A stretch of DNA of 64,000 nucleotides from the human T2T-CHM13v2.0 reference genome, Homo sapiens: NCBI RefSeq assembly GCF_009914755.1, contig NC_060928.1, one strand, 5' to 3'. The notes under the pieces were generated by a model, which saw only the letters and a program-made list of their open reading frames with translations, ran no database searches and was not told the origin of the DNA. Of the stretch, positions 54,481 to 64,000 are shown in pieces. Made by a program: the position numbers and the translations under genes. The stretch's first letter is position 1; each line of letters opens with the position of its first letter.

Positions 54481-56759
54481 GGGCTGAAATGGCTCTTGAG
54501 AAAACAACTACAATGTCCACTCTATACCCTACATAACGAGAATGAGAGTGCCACTCCACACCAGTTGTAAATGTGGGGGAGATGGGTGATTTAAAGAGAG
54601 CTGAAAACAGCTCCTGAAACTGTCACCCTGTGTGCGCTATGTGGTATGGAATATATGCCTAAAACCAAAAATAGAAGATTCCCTGTACATTCTGTTGGGT
54701 TTTTGTAGGCACTTAAAAATAAGTCTTTTTCTTTATGGATTATATAACTGTTTCCTCTTCATGACAGTGGGACTGGTGCAATGGTTACATGTCAGAAGAA
54801 TATTTTGCAGGGTTATTGAACTCTAACTACAGGTGAAAGAAAGCACCAGTTAAACTGAGCAAAGAGCATTTTATGAATATACTTAACTGTTAATTTAAGA
54901 GTTCCAAGGAGTTAAATGGACTCAGTGAGAGTGGTGATGGTGTTCAGTATACCCACTGAAGGAATGAGGGACTTAGGACCCTGTAATCTCAATGCCATAG
55001 CTGATGGATGAATGAAATTCTTGAGAATGAATATTTCAACCAAAGCGAAGAAGACGCCAGACTGTGAGTTTCTTGTCAGATTCAGTCAGTGACTCACAAG
55101 GCTTCTGAGATTAGATGAGAGGAAAGGGGAATAGGAAGTATGCTGTCTATTGAAAGACACAATAGGCAATCTCAGAACCTTAAGGAAACAGAAAAGCTAA
55201 AATCAGGACACAATGAATTGGAGCTCCAAAGACAGATGCTGAGTCTTTACTATGGACTGTTAAAAGCAAAGCCTCTGACAAATACTGCATCAATGTTAAT
55301 AAAGAGATATGGTAGTGCTAATACCATGAATTTGCCAGTGATATCCTTGATGGACAATATCTTTCTCTGATAATAAAGAGAAATAGTGCTGTTTTCATAT
55401 CTCAGTAGCCAGTGTTGGAAGCCATACTAAAATTTAGGAAATGATTCCTGTGATTTATACTATTACAAACTTAATCCACTTTTTATTGATTTATGAACTT
55501 AGAAACACATTTCTCCTCTTTTTAGATTTTTTTAATTTTTAAGGAAACTAAAATAACTATATCTTCTATGACATGCTCTGAAGATTGTTTTTATAACATT
55601 TTGAAACTGGACTACGGTGAACACAGCTAAATGGTTATCAAACCCTAATTAAGATTTAAGTCAAACAATTTATATGAGCTTGTCTCCACAATAGCAAGAG
55701 AAAGACACATTAAAACTTCCCAACACATCTCCATTCATTAGAAATAAAAAGCTGTATACTGGAAATTATGAATATATTAGTAATAATAAATGTACACTAA
55801 ATTATGTTTTTACCTCTTTGAAATTCATAGCCAAATTACCCTATCAAAGTCTCCGAGAGGTCTAATAATACTTTAGTAAATCCAGCTGATCCTGAACTTA
55901 AACGATCACAAGAAATCCCCTTTTGCAGAACATGAATTAGCATCTTCTAGGTCTAAAATTCCATGGACCAAAAAAAAGTGTTTTAGTTCATTCTTATCAA
56001 GATGTGAATGAAGACAGCGAAGACATTTAAAATAACAACATAAAATTGCTGCTTAAAGCATTAAAATGTTTCAGGAGATTATGTATAAAAGTTAAAATTT
56101 GAGGGATTTCTAGAAAAAGTCGACATTAATTTTAGGGATGTTCTAGAGAAAGTCTAGACATTAATAAATTGTGTATATTTTTATTCGCTGATATTTTGAA
56201 ATTATAAGCATGTGTGTATTTATTTTTACTCTTTCCTTAGAAGATTTAAGACATACTTATCCTCCCTACAGTACGTGCTCCATATAGAAGCAGGATGATA
56301 CATACGAGTAACAAAATCAAACTACCATTCTCAAAATGTAGAATTAGTGTACATGTTTGTATCTTGCTGATGAATTCTGATATTTCCAACTTTTTAGATC
56401 TACTATCCCATCTGCAATGTCCCTTTTGCTAGGATATAGAGATATACATTCTCCAGACAAACATTCTCTATTACTGTGCAGTTTGTTAATTCCTGACAGA
56501 CTTAGAAAATATGTTTTAGATCATTTGCCTTTTATCCAGGTCTCACAACAATACATTGATCTTCTTTTCTATGGGAAATGTGTAATTACATTTCCTGGGA
56601 TCCTGCTGCCTGTGAGTATAAAAATTTTAAAACAGAAATTCTAGTAAGCTAATGGAATATTCTTTTGTGTGTAACACATTTAGTATGTGACTTTATTTTA
56701 TTGTAGTCTTTTGTGACTTAAGCGAAATTATGTGTAAAAAGAGGAAGATTCCATTTTTC

Positions 56760-57135
56760 ATGTGTTTGGCCACTGACAGTGTTCAGTCCCCACTCCTCCC
56801 CTTCCTCCTTGTCCCACAGCTGGGTTGCTCTCCATCTCTTGGTGCTGAAAAAATTTCAAACCATGCAGATCCTAGCTCATGGACTTGAACCTGTGCTCCA
56901 GCCTTGCCTCCTAAGCACGGTAAAAGCCTAAGCCAACCCACCTTGCTTCCCTCTTGCCCTTTGGACAGGCTTGTGCCTCTCCTGCTCCTCCTGGAAATTC
57001 TCGTCATGTCTGAATAACAAACTTTCTTTCATGCCTCATTGGTGCATGTATGATGTCATTAGTCTCCATATCTGAATGAATTCTAAATTTTAGGCAGAAG
57101 GTTGGTCCTACCCTCCACATGACAATCATAAGACA
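56760..57135 (+). mobile_element. ERVL-type LTR remnant (MER74/MER73/MER54-like)
   Basis: 'aatttcaaaccatgcag', 'gaataacaaactttctttcat', 'ggtgcatgtatgatgtcattagtctccatatctgaa...aattttagg'. Confidence 0.55.
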
Positions 57136-58039
57136 GTATAGAACTCAACAGTTTTAAATACATACATATGTGGATGTCATATTTAATATTTGAGTGTGGT
57201 GAGTGTGTGTGTGTACACTTCAGATGGGACATAAATTATCTATTTTACCTCAGTGCTCACTGCCCCCTATAATAGCCAACGTCACAAGCATTGTTTCTTT
57301 ACACCATCTGTTTGATCCCTACAATAAGCCTCTATTTTGACAGCTGTTACTATAATTGCTAAAAATCACGAATATAATCTGATGAGCTGAGAAATATCTC
57401 TCACAGAGAATTAATTGTTTAACTATGCTTAACTCAGTCTTCTCATAACCATATTTTATAACAAGTAACACAAGTTTTGTAGGAAAACGGTGCAGTGTCT
57501 GTTAATTTAAAGAAAGCAAATTATCCAAAAGCAGGAAATTACCAAAATTAATTTGGATGAGTGCTGTCACTGACTTTTAGCATATAGTAGGTACGTGTTA
57601 AATGGAGTTTTTAAAAATAAAATATTTAACAGTGAAATAATTATAAAAAGAAGTCCACTATAATGTTGATATTTTTGTTTTTAAAAAATCACTAACATAT
57701 GATAAAAGAATGGATGATTAATATTACAATGCATATTTAAGGGATTATGTTTTAAATATTCAAATACGTATGAAATTTTCACCAGAGGTTATTTTTCTTT
57801 TTAATTTTTTTTTTTTTTTTTTTAGTAAAAATCCAACTTGAGAACTGTCACCAAAGATGTCTAGGAACTTTGAAGAAACATGAAGGTTTGTCCTCATTCT
57901 GTCCTAAGTTGAAATGAGATTTAGAAAAGAGTCTAAGTGAACATTTCCCAACCCAATTCCTGTAGCACCCGATGAAATACACAGCTATCCTATTTCTCTC
58001 TATTGAAATTACATATACCCTAAAACAGTTTGAGAATTT

Positions 58040-58250
58040 ATCACGCACCAGGCTTACCAAGTACTTTATAGAAACCATATATGCTCTTTTATTCCTTACA
58101 AGAGCCCCATGAGAAAGATTCTGTTATATCATTCTTTGTAATACCTTTGAGGACATGAGGAACAAAGAAGTTAAATGACATGAAATTCCCACAACCAGCA
58201 AGTAGTAGACCTGGAATTTGAATTATCAGGAAATCTTGCTCTAAAGAATA
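58040..58250 (-). mobile_element. MIR fragment
   Basis: 'ttattccttacaagagccccatgaga...gaagttaaatgac...cacaaccagcaagtagtagacctggaatttgaa'. Confidence 0.65.
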
Positions 58251-58478
58251 TAGGCTTCATCTTTATATATGTATGTTTATATTATATTTATTATGCATAA
58301 AACATCTACATATACTTGCACATATTAAAAACTGGGGTCTTTGTTAATGCCAGGCCAAATCAATGACAAATATTTGATTCTTTCGCACTCTCACTTCTCA
58401 TAGTGCTGGAAGAACAGATGCCATGCAAAAGAGGGACTATTTTTATCTTTACAGATTTGTACTATTTTGGAATTCCAG

Positions 58479-59014
58479 TGTCACCAGGTGAATCCCAAAA
58501 TGGTTTAGCTTGGGAGGACACGTGGGTTCTTGACTTCTAACAGGAAGAGATTTAAGAGTCGGGGGACAGAGAGAAGTTCAAAGGAAGTTTATTAAGAAAG
58601 TAAAGGAACAAAAGGGTGGCCACACCATAGGCAGAGCAGCCTAGTTGGCTACATTTATGGTTATTTCTTGATCATATGCTAAACAAAGGGTGGATTATTC
58701 ATTAGTTTTTCTGGAAAAAGGCAAGGAATTCCTGGAACTGAGGGATCCTCCCTCTTTCGGACCGTATAGGGTAACTTCCTGACATTGCCATGGCATTTAT
58801 AAACTGTCCTGGTGCTGGTGAGAGTTTCCTTTAGTATGCTAATGTATTATAATTAGCTTATAATGAGCAGTGAGGACAACTGGAAGTAGCTTTTGTTACC
58901 ATCCTAGTTGTGGCTGGTGTGGGCTGTCTTCTTTACTGCGTCCTGTTTTGTCATTGGGATCTTTGTGACCTGTACCTTGAGAAACAGCAGAGCCAGTGCC
59001 ACCAAACTATCTCA
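58479..59014 (-). mobile_element. MER41-family solo LTR (ERV1)
   Basis: 'ggttatttcttgatcatatgctaaacaaagggtggattattcat...tagggtaacttcctgacattgccatggcattt'; TG...CA ends; perfect 4-bp TSD ccag (58475-58478 / 59015-59018). Confidence 0.85.
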
Positions 59015-59645
59015 CCAGTGGCAGTTGGAAAAATCATTCTAGATGTTTACCAGGCCTGCTACAACTAGTTCATGAAGAAAAGCAATTGATATTTTTAATG
59101 AGGACCCAATGTCTCTGGGTAATGAGAAGCAAGAAGTAGGAAGGAGCTTAGCCTATACATCACTCAACTCGGAACACAAACCTGAGTACCCAGTGGGTAC
59201 CGATCCCTATACTTCCCTCACCAGCTGGGTCTGTAGTTCGGCTGCTAAAAAATGAACTAGCCACCTTTAACATATACATTTCTTCTTCCCATTTACCCCA
59301 ACTACTCAATAAGGAATAGGCACCCTTTTCTGAAATTCATCTGTATGCCTTCTTGTAAGATCCATGATACTCAGAAAAGGAGTGATAAGGACTTATGTTC
59401 AAATGGAGAATTGTTCAGAATTGAAATAAGAATGTAAAGTAGCCCAGTTTTAAAGATTTCTGGCCCCATGGATTGCAAGTGCCTCTCTGTGTGTGCATAT
59501 AAATAAATCCATGGCTACACTTAGCCTTTGTCAGCTTGTAAATTTTAGGAGACAGGAGGCTTTAATACAAATATTTTTTAGATCTTCTAAACGTGATCTT
59601 GATGATTTTTGGATTGCATGAGCCAATTTAATTTTCTAACTTGTT

Positions 59646-61284
<1,639 letters not shown>

Positions 61285-63834
61285 TAACTTGTTAAAAAAC
61301 GGTTTGTAGCTAGAATACAAAAGCATAAATACTCATGCTTTCCTATTTCACTCACCTTTCTGGTTTGATAGAATACTGATACAAATAAAAATATGAATAG
61401 GAATGAATGTGATGGATTAAATACATTTAACACTATGCTGTTACTATGCTTCCTTGGCCTTTGGACTGTGTGTCTGCATTTCCACACGATCAACACCAGA
61501 TGATGCACTGTTACATTAACTTTGCTGGGAAAATACCCTGCATTCTTCATATCATGGAAGTGTTATTTTACGGAATTAACAAACAACACATACAGAGCTT
61601 ATGTATACACTGAATGATGAAAAAATTAAGTCTCCACTCAGCTATGAGATGAAAAATTTACCTCTTTTGGAAGTAAAAACAGGAATGCATAAAAATATGT
61701 AGTTAAATTTTAGTTTATAATTAAAACATGGTTTTCTCTAATATTAACTTATAGACTTAAAAAAATCTCATTTGTATATATTAAGCACTAATAATAACTA
61801 ACAGAATATTTTCCATACTCATAATAAGTTTCATAGTCTGCTTTTTCCCGTTAGTTTTAATTTTCGACATAACACTTTTTATTTAATAGATTTCACATAG
61901 ATTATCTCTCATAGCCTGAATACCTTTTGATTAATTAAGGATGTAGGAAGTCAGAAATTGATTGTAATTCAGTTTTTCATTCTTTCCTCTACATTTCTTC
62001 TACATTGATACTAAGATGTTTAATTTAAATGTAATACAGAAAATATTTTTAAAGAATATTTAATGCAGGCATATGTTTTAGAAGTCTCAAATTGTTATTC
62101 TCTTTGATTCATAAAAACATCTGTCATAATTAAGAAGCAAAATAAAAACAAAACAAAATAAATCTTAGACAATACTGTGTGTAAAGGAATATTAATCACA
62201 ATATGATTTATAATTAGCTAATGCCTATAAAGTCTTAAATGTTCACTAATATGAAATGAGGTGTTATACTTTCTTCCACGGCACAGAAATCTATACAGTC
62301 TTGCAAATTGTACTTTCAAAAAATATCTAAGACTATTACAGACAATTTTAAAACGATCACAATACAATATAATTGTGCTTCAAATAAAGCAATATACCAA
62401 CTTACATACAGTAAAATGTCAATTTTATGAAACAGATGTAAAGGTGTTTATTTGAATGAGGCATCATTTAATGGCCTCAGTTACTCACTGAAGTTTTGTT
62501 TACTAGTTTCTAGAGATTAAGGCACATGAAAATATAAGATCACATTTTACAGATAAAATTACACATACCCCTCAAAAAAAGACGAGAGGGTATAGAGAAG
62601 TTGTTACACTGAAACAAAGTCAAATTTAGTTGTCTGAAATCCTGCAAAATACCTTGCAAAATATAATTGTTACTTAGAGAATGGAGTTTTCATGAAGCAT
62701 TTGCTTTTCTAGCTTAAGGCTAGGATTTGAAGAGTCAAAACACAGGAAAGTGTCCTACACCAACGGGCCAAATCTAGCACAGATAAACACAGGCGCTTCC
62801 TGTGGTTGAAGATTCAAAGAGTGTGAAACCAAGTTGGAGCAATTGGATTGTAAGAAAACTAAAAGTTGATAGCAGAAACCAATATAAGTAATTGTGTCTA
62901 ATGCAGGCAAAATGATTGTATTTATTTCATTTTTTGATGTGAGATTGATTAAAAATTGCATGTGTATTGTAATAATATTGTTGAGTATTAGTTGATGTGC
63001 TATGATTTCTCGACCTCACTCAGTTCCTAGGTTTTCTGTATACTGTGTTACTAACCTTCTCCAAATTGTACCCCTAGACAACAGAAATGTGTTGCCCAAG
63101 GGAGAAATCTTTAGTGTGGAAGCAGAGGAGAAAAGTGACACATTCTTCATTTTTAAATCTGAAAGCTGCTGTCCCGGAATAAGGCAGAAGCAGAAAGCAA
63201 AACAGATGTTGATTTGGGTCTTTGAGAAGGAGTCCTGTGTCCCTGGTTCTTGGGAAGAGTCCATTTTAGGGAAATGGATTTGTGCTCATTTGTCTGATAG
63301 AAAGCAGTAGATTAAAAATCATGTTGTAGTGTCCAGGCATAAGGGACTTGGAGCAGCCTCTCATTATCCGAGATTTCCATGGAAGAGCATATGTTTTCTG
63401 GGCCTTTAAAGGATCCACCAACTGGCCTGGCAGGTAAAAATGTGTTTTAAGGTTAAGTCAGAGACAGGACATGTGGACACATGGGCATACGGACAGTTCA
63501 TTGAATTCTCACATAGGGGTATAATCAGACAAGAGAGTGTACATATCAGTGGACGCTATTTTAAATTGGTAGTATTGACCAGGGACCAAATGGACACCAC
63601 TTGCCATCTCAAGGCTGTAGGCCCATAAATCTACGTAAATCCTTGCAACTAGTGGTCACTTCAGGGTGAAAGAGGAAGAGCAGAAAACCGTTAATTGATT
63701 AAACTTAATTTGAATTTATTCAGTCTACCTGGAAATGATTGTAACTGTCTCCCTCAGGAAGAATGAAGATCAAAATAAAGATTATGCAAAATTATTGAAA
63801 TAATTACATTTTCCATATTTATGTATTCACCCCT

Positions 63835-63960
63835 TATATTCATTCGACAACAAAAAGTTATTGAGTCCTTACTATGTCTTATGAGTTATGAGTATTGATA
63901 ATACCAAGACAAATAAGACACAGTTTTGTTCCTATTATATTGGAGCAGACAGATAATTAA
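63835..63960 (-). mobile_element. L2 3' end fragment
   Basis: 'ttcattcgacaacaaaaagttattgagtccttactatgt...aataagacacagttttgttcct'. Confidence 0.6.
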
Positions 63961-64000
63961 ATGGATAGACATAAATATACAAAAAATGTACAGAAGAGTT

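Noticed and set aside
55140-55370. 76-aa ORF with coiled-coil-like composition
   Set aside because: Short, no recognisable homology or exon structure

Overview
AT-rich primate (human-like) intergenic or intronic DNA with no intact cellular protein-coding exon that I can support. It is dominated by interspersed repeats: 13 Alus (J/S/Y), L1 copies, solo LTRs (MLT2A1, THE1D-like, MER41-like, an ERV1-type LTR, MER74-like, MLT1), Tigger-derived MITEs, MIR and L2. The L1 copies include a TSD-bounded L1PB1 with both termini, a twin-primed L1PA3 and tiny truncated insertions. The standout is a ~2.86 kb minus-strand processed retrocopy at 36793-39651, bounded by a 16-bp target-site duplication (14/16) inside a split MIR. 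It starts in an MSTA (MaLR) LTR, joins downstream sequence exactly at the MaLR splice donor, and carries ~1 kb of 5' leader. It then contains a frameshifted, strongly diverged CTAGE5/MIA2 (TANGO1-family)-like coding region and a 3' UTR with two successive poly(A) tails. I read it as a fossil of an LTR-driven germline transcript of a now-diverged CTAGE-like retrogene, i.e. a second-generation retrocopy. Family assignments come from recalled consensus sequences, not from a database search.
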